Source: Promethearchaeota archaeon
GTDB lineage: Archaea > Asgardarchaeota > Lokiarchaeia > Sigyniarchaeales > SOKP01
Length of the DNA stretch: 64,000 nucleotides
Direction: 5' to 3'
Assembly (NCBI GenBank): GCA_019057795.1
Contig: JAHLWS010000069.1
Coordinates: 46,835 to 110,834 of the forward strand
A model generated the notes under the pieces. That model saw only the letters and a list, made by a program, of their open reading frames with translations. It searched no databases and was not told the DNA's origin. Both the position numbers and the translations under genes were made by a program. Below, piece by piece: positions 40,001 to 49,813 of this stretch (position 1 is its first letter; each line of letters opens with the position of its first letter).

Positions 40001-40423
40001 TGGAGGCTCTCCAAATATATTAAAAATATCCTAGAAGAGTTATCCATAAAAGAAGAGAAAATGCAAGATGGAATTTCTATTATTAAACTGATGGTAACTC
40101 TACAAAACTGGTCTGCTTCAAATAAATATACCGAGAAAAACTTATATTCTATCTTTCAATCATTTTTCAGCGAGCCCGAAGTACAACTATATCTAAATAT
40201 CAATAGATATCACAATCTTTTATGGTTTAGCGCAGAATCGTTTGACACGTTCGTAAGATGGATGTTTTTAATTGCTGTAGTAGATAGGTTAGCCCAATCT
40301 AAAGAAAGTGCGGTTAATGAAATAGAAGCGTTATTAGAAGACTATCAAAAACTTATAAAAATCGCGAAAACTTCGAAATATCAAGTTAATAAGTTTCTAG
40401 AGAGTCTGCAAAGTTTATCATAG
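37016..40423 (+). CDS. large GH13 alpha-amylase family glycoside hydrolase
   Basis: DMVPNH, IRFDAAM, LAEAFW, NNPDE catalytic motifs with long N- and C-terminal extensions. Confidence 0.9.
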   Translation: MKISRDARNRYIFDEFKFSENGSIEFDGDIHLVRLFVQKLNQKKDLVNYPEMAIRIGEFNGMALIYEIKKYLLDLYKEETKNPSLNRELFDYLKKRIGAPKLNIAIYSLIEEFPPESIYHQEKVDIDQFLKEKIDGVENEIQFVEEFLNLWLGNINPSFSPYIELFDDGLLEKKTVYREIINETKEFFNGKSKFGPNNQNLIEMLNEPTLKYPHSIREQLEYIHEHWGEQLGKYLFRILVAIDIIREEEMLRGLGPGKSKAYEYDIMELENYTRDKEWMPKVVMIAKNVYVWMDQLSKKYQRSITKLYEIPNEELDQLKEWGFTGLWLIGLWERSQASKTIKRWCGNPEAEASAYSTYDYAIAHDLGGYESYKNLRDRAMARGIRLACDMVPNHTGIVSKWIIEHPDWYISLHYPPFPSYSFSGENLSGDPNKGIFLEDKYFSRTDAAVTFKHVDFRTGEIKYIYHGNDGTSFPWNDTAQLNFLEPEVREAVIQTILHVSRMFPIIRFDAAMTLTRKHYQRLWFPEPGTGGAIPSRAEQGISKEDFYKAMPKEFWREVVDRINKENPDTLLLAEAFWLLEGFFVRTLGMHRVYNSAFMNMLRDEDNAMYRLVLKNTLEFDPEILKRFVNFMNNPDEETAIKQFGDGGKYFGVCLMLITMPGLPMFGHGQIEGFHEKYGMEYRRAYWDETVNLGLLQRHEDIIFPIIKKRYLFANVNNFLLYDFWSGNVVNEDVFAYSNRVNNERALVIYHNKFAETKGFVKNSVGFADKLTEDKVVIQKTLIDGLALPKEGYCIFKDYLTGLEYIRRNRDLHEQGLYLELQAYQMFLFMDFQLVQDNEFFHYAQLYDLLGGKGVYNINETLHEIIYQPLHEKFREIVNTPNFKNLLNPQKTEQVIEAISDKLNSFLIEVKNYSSSKKDVTRVKREIIEKLKAISRLEQNLKHIKVNQELTFIYEKILPNSEFEWGILLSWLFIHQLGRVVSDKNYELQSRSWFDEWRLSKYIKNILEELSIKEEKMQDGISIIKLMVTLQNWSASNKYTEKNLYSIFQSFFSEPEVQLYLNINRYHNLLWFSAESFDTFVRWMFLIAVVDRLAQSKESAVNEIEALLEDYQKLIKIAKTSKYQVNKFLESLQSLS

Positions 40424-40445
40424 GAGTCTTTACTATAAGCTTAAC

Positions 40446-40898
40446 TTAGAAAGGAGTAAATAGATAAAAACCTTCAGTAAATATTACTCTAAAGAAAAAA
40501 AAAATGCTTATAAATATAATTAACATTATTACTCTTTCACTTATCACCACAATAATAGTTACTACTGAAGAACCCCAATATTCTTTCTCATAAAAAGAAT
40601 GCACGATAAAAATTCCAATTATTACATTTATTATGAAAATTAAAAAACCAATTATTATATAAATAAAAGTTATCTCATTCATAGTCAAACTTAATCCAAT
40701 AAATAGAGGAGGTGCGATGAAAATAATTAACAAGTTTATAACAACTAAGAAGATTATCCATACTAAATTAACTAGAAACCCCCTTCTAAAAGAGCTTTCC
40801 CATTTCAGCTTTGTCGCAAGCCAGTTAGTATACAGTGCTCTTAAAATTAATATTATTATTAAAATTACGATATCTACAAGAATACTAATAGGATCCAT
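40446..40898 (-). CDS. hypothetical 4-TM membrane protein (paralog of the adjacent gene)
   Basis: Hydrophobic; shares the LVN.VW and FY...S pattern with 40952..41428. Confidence 0.7.
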   Translation of the reverse strand: MDPISILVDIVILIIILILRALYTNWLATKLKWESSFRRGFLVNLVWIIFLVVINLLIIFIAPPLFIGLSLTMNEITFIYIIIGFLIFIINVIIGIFIVHSFYEKEYWGSSVVTIIVVISERVIMLIIFISIFFFFRVIFTEGFYLFTPF

Positions 40899-40951
40899 AA
40901 TCTCATACCTTTATTGATTTTTAATTTTTGTTTAATTTTAATTATTTGTAG

Positions 40952-41428
40952 TTAAAAGAATTGAAAAACATAAAATGAAAAATATCCCCCTGTTGTTAAA
41001 ATAAAAATAATGTTTAATACATTAGCCACTATAATTCGAATGAAAACCTGGATGGAAATTACAGTTAAACTTATAAAAATCGAGTCTTTAAGTCCAGTTT
41101 TGTAAAAAGCCTTGATTAGCAGTGCGATAACTAAAAAATTTATAATTAATATTATTATCGAATTGATAACACCAACAATTGAAATTAAAACCATATCTGC
41201 GCCAATAGTAATTAAATAACCCGTTATCAAACCGCTCAAAAAACTTAAAACAAAGAACGTAATTAAAAACCAGATCACATTAACTAATACTGCAGTTTTA
41301 TATGGTTTACGACACTCGAATTTGTCCGTAAAAAATTTAGTTAAAAAAATACCTCCAAAAAGGATTATATAACTAAAAATAACATAAATAGTATATAATA
41401 TATATCGTATAATAATTATATCTGACAT
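40952..41428 (-). CDS. hypothetical 4-TM membrane protein (paralog of the adjacent gene)
   Basis: Hydrophobic; LVNVIW, IKAFYKT. Confidence 0.7.
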   Translation of the reverse strand: MSDIIIIRYILYTIYVIFSYIILFGGIFLTKFFTDKFECRKPYKTAVLVNVIWFLITFFVLSFLSGLITGYLITIGADMVLISIVGVINSIIILIINFLVIALLIKAFYKTGLKDSIFISLTVISIQVFIRIIVANVLNIIFILTTGGYFSFYVFQFF

Positions 41429-41607
41429 AAATTTATAAATAATTTGTATGCGTTATTTGAATTCTCTTCTTTAAGTAAATATAAAAATATTTATAAAGAT
41501 TTTCGTAATCAAATCACATAAAGAGACTTTTAAATTCCCTATTACATTTTAGCGTATTAATTTTGAGATAATATTCTTATTAAATAAAAATAGATGTTTA
41601 CTTTTAA

Positions 41608-42756
41608 TTATATATTTGTACCCAGATCAAGAGTTTTATCTCGGATTTGAATATCATCACTAATTTTGCTATTTGGGCCTAATATTGCATTATGTAGAAC
41701 AACATTATCACCTATTTCACAATTATTACAAACGATCGAACCATCAATATGACAACCAGCTCCAATCTTTACGTTATCCCAGATAACGCTTTTCTCGATT
41801 ACCGTATCCTCTCCGATTTTAACATGGGCTCCAATTGAACATAACGGTTTTATTTTTACTCGATTAAGTAATTCTACAAATTCCCCAAAACAAGACGGTT
41901 TTTCGATAGATACATTTTGTCCCGAATTAATAACGCCCATTACATAAATTCCATCGTATTCTTCACCATTGGGGGTGATCGGCCACGAATATTTACGTAA
42001 TAAGTCCCAATTTGCCCACAAATAAGTTTCAGCGTTTCCACAGTCAAGCCAATAATAATTTTTAACAAATCCATATAAATCGTAATTATTATCGAGGAGA
42101 TAAGGGAAAACTTCCCCCCCAAAATCCATTAAACCCGTTTCTTGTAAGATACTACCAATCTCTTTATTTAAACAATAAATTCCTGTGTTTATTATGTTTG
42201 TATGTAAAAACAAATCAGTTCTTTGAGCCATACTACTTAAATACAGTTCCATAGGAGCAGGTTTTTCTAAAAAGAGATAAATTTTTCTATTTTGATCGAG
42301 AAGCACAACTCCATATTGACTCGTATGACTTTCGCTGGTTTTCATGGAAATAGTAGTAGTTCCCATTTTCTCCGTGTGGAAATCCATAAACTCCTTCATT
42401 GGGAGATTTGTTACGATATCTGCCATGCTAACAACAATCTTTTCGGAATCAATGTTATTAATCAATAATCGGTAAGCGTCAGCCGTACCCTTGCTCTCTT
42501 GAATTACGCATTCAAGTTCAACATCTCCTAACTTATCGGGAGTCCATGTTTTTTCCACATATTCTCTTAATTCTTTACCCATATAAGCTAAAGCAAGAAT
42601 TATGTGCTTAATATCTGCAAATATTAAATGAGCAATAGAATAATCCACCATAGCTTTATTAGTTACTTTTACAAGCGGTTTTGGAACGAGTGATGTTAAA
42701 GGCATCAACCTCGACCCCTTTCCTCCAGCTAATATTATGGCAGACCATTCTCGCAT
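41608..42756 (-). CDS. NDP-sugar synthase (mannose-1-phosphate guanylyltransferase-like) with left-handed beta-helix
   Basis: ILAGGKGSRLMPLT..PKPL, FLEKP, INTGIY, YWLDCG, C-terminal hexapeptide repeats. Confidence 0.9.
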   Translation of the reverse strand: MREWSAIILAGGKGSRLMPLTSLVPKPLVKVTNKAMVDYSIAHLIFADIKHIILALAYMGKELREYVEKTWTPDKLGDVELECVIQESKGTADAYRLLINNIDSEKIVVSMADIVTNLPMKEFMDFHTEKMGTTTISMKTSESHTSQYGVVLLDQNRKIYLFLEKPAPMELYLSSMAQRTDLFLHTNIINTGIYCLNKEIGSILQETGLMDFGGEVFPYLLDNNYDLYGFVKNYYWLDCGNAETYLWANWDLLRKYSWPITPNGEEYDGIYVMGVINSGQNVSIEKPSCFGEFVELLNRVKIKPLCSIGAHVKIGEDTVIEKSVIWDNVKIGAGCHIDGSIVCNNCEIGDNVVLHNAILGPNSKISDDIQIRDKTLDLGTNI

Positions 42757-42841
42757 GTTGAATCTCTCAGAAAATTACTCTTTCATTATATGGTGAGTAA
42801 TAGATATAAAATTTAAATATTTACACAAATGAAGATTATAC

Positions 42842-44122
42842 TTATTTGTTTAGATATTTTTCTAACGATTTCCTAACTTCTGCTGCCGCTATATGGGGTA
42901 ATTTTCTTGCAACTCTCATGTCATCTGCCATTTCTGCCCCACCAATAATTTCGTGTGGAATTATATCAACAAACATATGAAAATCCGCATCATAACCATA
43001 CGGACAACAATTAAATAAAATATTTCGGTTCTTATCAATTGAAGTATCATCTAAAGCTTGGAAGACCATCTTAATCGCGTTTGCAAAATCGTTGATTTGG
43101 TTTATTTTCAATTGGGTAAACCGCCTAATATGCTCGTGTGGATACGCGCGAATGTGATAATTTCTTACAGGACTTCCCGTTGCATAAAACGTCCAAAAAT
43201 TAGTCTTTAAAATTATCCGATCACTATCCCCATGAGTGGTTTGACATAAATGACAATTATCCCCCATTTCTTTAAATGCTTCGAGGTGTCCTTCTAACCG
43301 ACTTCCATGCCCGTCCATGTTTAAATCGATATATACCTGACCATGAATACGAGGTTGAGAACCACCAACCTTAGTTCCTATGTTAAAAAACGGTGAAACG
43401 GTAATATCGTAATAGTCTTTATCAATGGCTTCTTGGACACAATAGAGAATTGCCGCTTTCATAGATAAAAAAATACCAGCTAAAACATCTTCTGGAATTA
43501 AATTAAAACACAAAGCAGGATAAAAATGCCTTGAGAGTGTAACTAAATTAATGCCCCGTGAGAGCTTTAAATGAGAAGGCATATTGTCCTTAATCTCTTT
43601 TTCAATATCAGAATCCACTATTCGAGCCATAGAAGGGTATCTATTTATTAATGTTATTGCTTTGCAGGAATCAGGAATTCTTTCTATTTGATGCGGTGTT
43701 TCTAAAAAGGGATTGTCTCTCTTTTTTTCGTCTTCAGTAATAATTATTGTAAAACCATCACCAATCTGTTTCCCCCAATCATCGTATATTGGTTTTCCCT
43801 CTGTTACCGATGTAAAAACGTCCTTGTACTTGGATTTTATTTTCCTTGAACAATCATAAAATTGGTTTTTCTCTTCTTCAGTTTTAAAACCTTTAGGTCT
43901 CTTTCCACGAATAGGGCTTAAATAAGCGTAGTGACCGTAGTATCTTACTCGTTCTTTTCTAAAGCCAAATCCCTTAGTTTGAATGATAACTGTAGATAAA
44001 GGGTCCCATCTCTTAATAGGTACATCATAAGAGGTTTTATCTATAAAATTTTCCTTATTTATTATACCCCATTCCATAAAATCGGGAAAAATTCTTTTGT
44101 TTGAAATTATATCAACACCCAT
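42842..44122 (-). CDS. GalT-like (HIT superfamily) sugar-1-phosphate nucleotidyltransferase/phosphorylase
   Basis: RWDPLS, NRYP, FFNIG..VGGSQPRIHGQ (cf. GxSxxHPHxQ), CHLC, FH...IIP...GGAE. Confidence 0.75.
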   Translation of the reverse strand: MGVDIISNKRIFPDFMEWGIINKENFIDKTSYDVPIKRWDPLSTVIIQTKGFGFRKERVRYYGHYAYLSPIRGKRPKGFKTEEEKNQFYDCSRKIKSKYKDVFTSVTEGKPIYDDWGKQIGDGFTIIITEDEKKRDNPFLETPHQIERIPDSCKAITLINRYPSMARIVDSDIEKEIKDNMPSHLKLSRGINLVTLSRHFYPALCFNLIPEDVLAGIFLSMKAAILYCVQEAIDKDYYDITVSPFFNIGTKVGGSQPRIHGQVYIDLNMDGHGSRLEGHLEAFKEMGDNCHLCQTTHGDSDRIILKTNFWTFYATGSPVRNYHIRAYPHEHIRRFTQLKINQINDFANAIKMVFQALDDTSIDKNRNILFNCCPYGYDADFHMFVDIIPHEIIGGAEMADDMRVARKLPHIAAAEVRKSLEKYLNK

Positions 44123-44444
44123 AGTTTCTTCATCATATTTTGACTAGAATATACTATTATTTAATATTTAACTTATAACTTCATAGTAATTTATCACATT
44201 ATTTGCGTATTAATTCATCAAAACTAATTAGTCAAAAACATATTTATATAAATTACAATAATGTTTAGTAAATGTTAAAATTTGTTCAATCTAACAGTAT
44301 TCAATTTATATACAAAAAAGTAATGAATTTGTTATATTTTAATTCATTTTCAAACCAGTAAATTAAAAAAAGAAAAGAAAGTTAAGAACTCTATTCTGCT
44401 AATGGTTAAATTAAATATTTTACGATACCTATTATTAAAAGTTG

Positions 44445-44735
44445 TTAGTGTTCTAACCTCTTAATAATTTTATATGTTTTAAATGCGCGTACCGGTTCAG
44501 ACTTCTCATTTATGCTTTCTATTGGTACGCGTACAAAATTTTCATCGTCAAAATCATCAATTTCAGGCTCATTATATTTAGCCATATTGTTTGCCAACTT
44601 AAGTTCTTTGAGAAGAAAATCTCGGACGGCACACCTAATCAATTCTGAGCGGCTGGGATACAATCCATTTTCCCCTATTAATTTATTTATAGCACCTATA
44701 TAACTTTCAGGTACATTAACGGTAACAATCTTCAT
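44445..44735 (-). CDS. ribbon-helix-helix (CopG/Arc/MetJ) transcription regulator
   Basis: MKIVTVNVPESY...GLYPSRSELIRCAVRDFL. Confidence 0.88.
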   Translation of the reverse strand: MKIVTVNVPESYIGAINKLIGENGLYPSRSELIRCAVRDFLLKELKLANNMAKYNEPEIDDFDDENFVRVPIESINEKSEPVRAFKTYKIIKRLEH

Positions 44736-45282
44736 TCAATCGCCTTAACCTTAATTTTTTTAGATTTTACTTTATATAATTATTTATTTTTTCTTGATAT
44801 ATAAACATTGTTTTTTAGTGGGTTAATATATTTTCATAAATATGATTTTTACCCGATTATAGATTAAAGAGAAGAATACCACCAATCTCCCGTTTTAGGC
44901 GTAATTCTAGAAAGGAATTGATGATTCTCAAATTTAATACTTTTTATGAAAATATTTTTGAAAATTCTTTAAAGTATCTGAAAAATTTTTATAAAAATTA
45001 TAATAAATAAAAATAATAAATAGTTAATTTTTAAATTTGAAAAAAAAAAAATATGTCCTTTTTTTCACAAGAATATCTGGAAATCATTATACAATGTTAA
45101 TGTATGTACAAAATCTTAAAATTCTAATTTATATACATGTTTTTAAAATAAACTCTTTAAAATTTAAAAAATTATTTTTTAAAACATTAAATCCTAACAA
45201 AAAATTTGTTTTTAATTAAAATATTACAACATTTTTCTATTCGAAAATTATTTACGCTAATTATTTTTATACAACACAAAAC

Positions 45283-46308
45283 TTAATACTCTTCTTCGAA
45301 CCTAACAACATTAATCAACTCTTCTCGCCCCTTTGCCATACGAGTAATATTTTCTATCACTTCATTCCACCTGAACAGATCACTGAAAGGAGAGTATCCT
45401 CTATGCGGCGAAAGAATAATGTTATCAAGAGAATGAAAAGGGAATTTATAAGGGCGCTTAACACCGTCTTTATCCAGATTTGGATGATAATCATACCAGA
45501 CATCTATAGCTGCACCCGAAATTATTCTATTTTTCAAAGCTTTGTAAAGATCTTTTTGATTGAGAATGGCTCCTCTTGCTATATTGACAATCAGTCCATT
45601 TGGGCCTAATAAACTTATCTCTTTGGCATTTATTAATCCAGATGTTAAAGAAGTTACTGGAACGGCGATTATTAAAATATCTATTTCTTTCAAAAATTCA
45701 TAAAGTTGGTTATATTTATATTTCTTTGCTGGAGTTGGTAAATCATCCTTTTGTTTATTCCAATTATTTCTTAAGATGTGGAATTTTACATCAAAACCCG
45801 AAAGAAATCGATGAACCTTCTGATTAATCGCACCATAACCCAAAAGCCCTACTTCCCTAAAACGCAGGGGAATTGACATCGCATCATCATCACCAGTCCG
45901 CCATCTTCCTTTTTTCATCCAATTATGATGGGGGACTGTTTTATTCATAAGAGTTAAAAGTAAAGCAACAGCATGTTGAGCGACAAGATAGGAATTTCCA
46001 TGACCATTAATCAGTGCTATCTTTCTTGTTTTATTTAAGCCAATAAATAAATCTAAAAGATGATTAACACCAGCACCGGGATTAATGAATACTTTTAGAT
46101 TAGTTGCGTGATTTAAAATGCTTTTCGAAGGTCTCCATCCAATTAAAACTTCCGCATCTGGAACAATTTTTTCTAAATATTCTTCAGAAGTGTTTTCAGG
46201 AAATATAATCTTTACATTTGAAAGGTTTTTTAAATTCTCTGTTAAGTAATTTTGAACTTCTTCAGATACAATAGAAATAAAACAGACAGTGATATTATTT
46301 GCATTCAA
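45283..46308 (-). CDS. D-isomer-specific 2-hydroxyacid dehydrogenase
   Basis: GAGVN, VAQHA, GLLGYGAI, VNIARG, AAIDVW, SPHRG. Confidence 0.9.
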   Translation of the reverse strand: MNANNITVCFISIVSEEVQNYLTENLKNLSNVKIIFPENTSEEYLEKIVPDAEVLIGWRPSKSILNHATNLKVFINPGAGVNHLLDLFIGLNKTRKIALINGHGNSYLVAQHAVALLLTLMNKTVPHHNWMKKGRWRTGDDDAMSIPLRFREVGLLGYGAINQKVHRFLSGFDVKFHILRNNWNKQKDDLPTPAKKYKYNQLYEFLKEIDILIIAVPVTSLTSGLINAKEISLLGPNGLIVNIARGAILNQKDLYKALKNRIISGAAIDVWYDYHPNLDKDGVKRPYKFPFHSLDNIILSPHRGYSPFSDLFRWNEVIENITRMAKGREELINVVRFEEEY

Positions 46309-46443
46309 ATTATCTTCACATTAATCTTAAATTTATAATGTGTAATAACTACTAGTGAAATGACTATGTTTTAAATAAATTTTTATATTCATTTCGTTGA
46401 TATATTTATAAAAGAATTTAATCAAAATAGGTAGGTTTAGAAA

Positions 46444-47874
46444 TTGTCTGAAACAAAATTGTTTGAAATCTTTGTAAATAGCCTTAACTTCGATGTGAGC
46501 GAATACTTAGTCGAAGAACTTACAGAACTTCAAAAAGAAATCGTTGATGACGCAAGTTTCGTTCTAAAAGAAAACATCGTAGGAGAATTGAAATCATTTG
46601 GAGGTTCTGTTAAAAAAAATGAGGAAAAGTTCAAGGAATTAATGAAACAAGCTGAACTAGAACTAGAGAAAAATAAGTACAAAGATATTAAGAAGAATTT
46701 AAAGGATTATCTTAAAAAACTATCAGAATTGATTATTAAAACCTGTATAACAATTATTCCAGTAAAAGAATTGCCATGGAGCGATGTTGTTTTTCGAACT
46801 ATTCCACGGATTACATTCGACGATAAAGTCCACCTCTTAGATAACGCAATTGCCTATTATGGTGAAATTAATTGTTTCATTGGTAGAACAACTATCTTTG
46901 GAAAGATGAAAGATCCTTCTAGTGAACCACTCTTTGCCCCTTTCATGGGAAATATTGATTTAGGAGTATATAAGTTGGAAGAATCTCAAGATAAGCCTAA
47001 GTCTCAAGTGTTTTCTTATGTAAATGCCATTATTAATTCATTAGATTCCGCAATAACTAAAAACCAATTAGTTAAGTATCACGAAGGATACCAAAGACAT
47101 GGCGATCCAATCTGCGATTTCTTAATGAAAGATGAGGAATTGCTTAATTCCATGGGAAAAATTACTACTGCTTTAGAATCAGAAAGAAGTAAGTCAGATA
47201 TCGCAGTCTGCAGCATTGCTGTTCCTTTACCCTCCGATAAAAGAAGTTTAATTATTACTATTGAAGAAGGTCAGGGAGATAGCCGATTTGGTAATTGTTT
47301 CGAAGCTTTGTTAAAATTTTCTGCTGCGTGTTGTCAAGTGCCTTCACCAAGCCAAGAAGCTACGTCTCAAGCAGGGTCTACCCCTGGACAAACTGGAGGC
47401 CCGATTCGAACACCTGGAGGACAAGAATTAAAAGTTTGGACGGCAGAAGACCTCGCTAATGAAGCTCAAAAAAGGTTAGCGGCGCAACCAAATATCCCTT
47501 CCTGGTCAGAAGAAGAATTAACCAAACTTGCTGAAAGTCGCGGATCTGGAATTCCTGAAGGCATGGAAGTTTGGAAAGAAGAAGATTTGCTGGAGTTAGC
47601 CGAAAAAAGGCGAAGCGGAGGATTGAATATACCTGAATGGCAACCTGACCAAGATATTACAGAATGTTCTAACTGTGGATATGGTTTGAGACCTGGTTGG
47701 GCGAAATGCCCTGTGTGTGACGCTCCTGTTGGAGAAAAAACCTCTGAAGAAGATAAAGAGGAACCAAAGGAAACAGAAGAACCAGAGGAATCACTTGATG
47801 AAAATCAAAACGAAGATAAAAACCAAGAACCAGAGAGTAAGGAAGAAGAAGAAGAAGAAGAACCTGATCTATAA
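46444..47874 (+). CDS. hypothetical protein with W-x-x-E-[DE]-L repeats, zinc ribbon and acidic tail
   Basis: 476 aa; repeats WTAEDL/WSEEEL/WKEEDL; CSNCG...CPVCD; Glu-rich C-terminus. Confidence 0.8.
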   Translation: MSETKLFEIFVNSLNFDVSEYLVEELTELQKEIVDDASFVLKENIVGELKSFGGSVKKNEEKFKELMKQAELELEKNKYKDIKKNLKDYLKKLSELIIKTCITIIPVKELPWSDVVFRTIPRITFDDKVHLLDNAIAYYGEINCFIGRTTIFGKMKDPSSEPLFAPFMGNIDLGVYKLEESQDKPKSQVFSYVNAIINSLDSAITKNQLVKYHEGYQRHGDPICDFLMKDEELLNSMGKITTALESERSKSDIAVCSIAVPLPSDKRSLIITIEEGQGDSRFGNCFEALLKFSAACCQVPSPSQEATSQAGSTPGQTGGPIRTPGGQELKVWTAEDLANEAQKRLAAQPNIPSWSEEELTKLAESRGSGIPEGMEVWKEEDLLELAEKRRSGGLNIPEWQPDQDITECSNCGYGLRPGWAKCPVCDAPVGEKTSEEDKEEPKETEEPEESLDENQNEDKNQEPESKEEEEEEEPDL

Positions 47875-48048
47875 ATAACTTCTTTAAATTTTATAAATTA
47901 GTATAAAATACTTTTTTCTATCTATTTATTAAAGGCTCAAAAGGATAAAGTTTATAAGAAAGGATATCCGCCTAATTCCAAACTTTTTTTAAGCATTTCT
48001 TATTAACATCCATATCATACATCATAAATAAATGATTAGGAAGATTTT

Positions 48049-49080
48049 TTGTTATCAAAAATATTTTTGTTAAAACGGAAAAATTCCCATGAGCTAAACC
48101 GTTTCGATATTTATAGCTATCCCGAAGATATTTCTTCTTCTGATAACAAAGATATCGTTTCAAAAATCATCTATGGTCACGATCACGGCTCTCTAATAGA
48201 ACCTTGTAGTGAAAGCAGTAAACAATTAGATGAGTCTAATGGTATAAGCAACAATTCTAATCCGTTTGAAATTGGTAGCCCTATTCCGCAAATTATTGGC
48301 GACCAGAACATATATACCATTTGTATTAATTCAGAAATGCTAATTGGATTAATTTTTGAAAAAGAAGATAATCCTTTTGATTACAAAGAAATTTTTGAAG
48401 ATTTATCGAATGAATTATTAAATACGGAGAAAAGTTGCTCTTTCGAAGATGAGATGGAAATTGAGAATTTTTTGATAACACTTTTCATTGATATAAAAAG
48501 GTACGGGGACGAAATTCTTGAAAAAGTTACAGAAACTTCCTTCCGACCGGCAGGATTATTTACAAAAGTATTCCTATTTGGAATTGACGAAGTCGGAAAG
48601 ACCTCCTTAACAAGGAGATTAAAAACCGGTCAATTTAACGATAATTTTTTTACTCCAACAAGAAAATTCAACATAGAATACCTTCAAAAAAAGGAAGGTT
48701 TGTTGTCTTGGTGGGATATGCCTGGACAATCTTTATTCAGAAAAAAATGGCTAATTGGCCTACAAGACTCAAATATCATAGTTTACATGATAGATATAGC
48801 TAATCAATTACGATTTGAGGAGTCTAAAAAAGAATTTTGGGACATTATAACGCGAAATGGTATAAAAGACATCCCACTCTTGATTTTAGGTAATAAAGTT
48901 GATTTGATTAATAACCTTAATCACGACAACAAAGAACCGCTTGAGAGGATAAAAAAAGAAATTATTGAATTTTTTGAGTTTGATAAATTACCTAATTGGG
49001 AATTTTTGTTTACCTCTGTTAAAACTAATTATAATATTGAAAAATTATTAAATTCAATTTTCACCTTAATTTCAACTTAA
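48049..49080 (+). CDS. small GTPase (Arf/Rag-like) with N-terminal longin-like extension
   Basis: G1 GIDEVGKTS, G2 PT, G3 WDMPGQ, G4 GNKVD, G5 TSVK. The ~165-aa N-terminal domain is only tentatively called longin-like. Confidence 0.85.
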   Translation: MLSKIFLLKRKNSHELNRFDIYSYPEDISSSDNKDIVSKIIYGHDHGSLIEPCSESSKQLDESNGISNNSNPFEIGSPIPQIIGDQNIYTICINSEMLIGLIFEKEDNPFDYKEIFEDLSNELLNTEKSCSFEDEMEIENFLITLFIDIKRYGDEILEKVTETSFRPAGLFTKVFLFGIDEVGKTSLTRRLKTGQFNDNFFTPTRKFNIEYLQKKEGLLSWWDMPGQSLFRKKWLIGLQDSNIIVYMIDIANQLRFEESKKEFWDIITRNGIKDIPLLILGNKVDLINNLNHDNKEPLERIKKEIIEFFEFDKLPNWEFLFTSVKTNYNIEKLLNSIFTLIST

Positions 49081-49222
49081 TTAATCTAACAATAATTTGT
49101 ATCATCATCATTAAATTTATATCTTAACCAAATAAATTTCTATTATTATTATTAAAGATGTAAGATATTGTAATTTTAGATCTAAAAATATTAAATATTA
49201 AATATATCGAGTACGGAAAATT

Positions 49223-49813
49223 ATGTTCAAACGACTAAAAAAAGAGCTCCAAATTAATATCGAAGAAGGCCAGTTATTTTTAGGCGAAAAAAATAAAGAC
49301 ATGCGCCTAGTAATGCTACGTCCAAACGAAATCATGGAATTCTGTGAATTCGCCGGAACAAATGCGGATGACATCCTGATTTGGACCGGAAAGACTTTAG
49401 GTAAACTATTTATGGCAAAGTTCTTCTATAATAAAGATTGGACCAAAGAATTAATGGCTACTAAAAAAGAAGTAGTTTTTGGCACTCTTGAAGCATTGAT
49501 GCTCATGGGATATGGTGGTTTAGCTTGTATGTTTAAAAAAGATCATATTATTATAAACGCGTACGAATCTTTAGCCCTTCAAGAAAAAGAAAATATTATG
49601 GCGAAAAATTTGTGTCTACTTTATCTCGGAATATTCAACGGCATTTTTGAAGAGTTAGGTATCGATGTCGATGGCAAAGAAGTAGAATGTGTTCTGACTG
49701 GGGGAAAAAAATGTTCTTTTAAATTCGATTTACTCACAGAAGAAATAGAGGACCGCTTAGTAGATGGAGATCTTTCTGATGCGAAAGTATCACACTTTTT
49801 ATCCTCTTTGTAA
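49223..49813 (+). CDS. V4R (4-vinyl reductase/Bet3-like fold) domain protein
   Basis: GKTLGK, MGYG, LC...GIFNGIF...EVECVLTGGKKCSF. Confidence 0.85.
   Translation: MFKRLKKELQINIEEGQLFLGEKNKDMRLVMLRPNEIMEFCEFAGTNADDILIWTGKTLGKLFMAKFFYNKDWTKELMATKKEVVFGTLEALMLMGYGGLACMFKKDHIIINAYESLALQEKENIMAKNLCLLYLGIFNGIFEELGIDVDGKEVECVLTGGKKCSFKFDLLTEEIEDRLVDGDLSDAKVSHFLSSL

Noticed and set aside
44919-44981. C/D-box sRNA (TGATGA...CTGA about 60 nt apart)
   Set aside because: No convincing internal D'/C' boxes and the putative guides are nearly all A/T.
45037-45219. 60-aa ORF in an extremely AT-rich intergenic region
   Set aside because: K/F/I/N low-complexity translation typical of non-coding AT-rich DNA.
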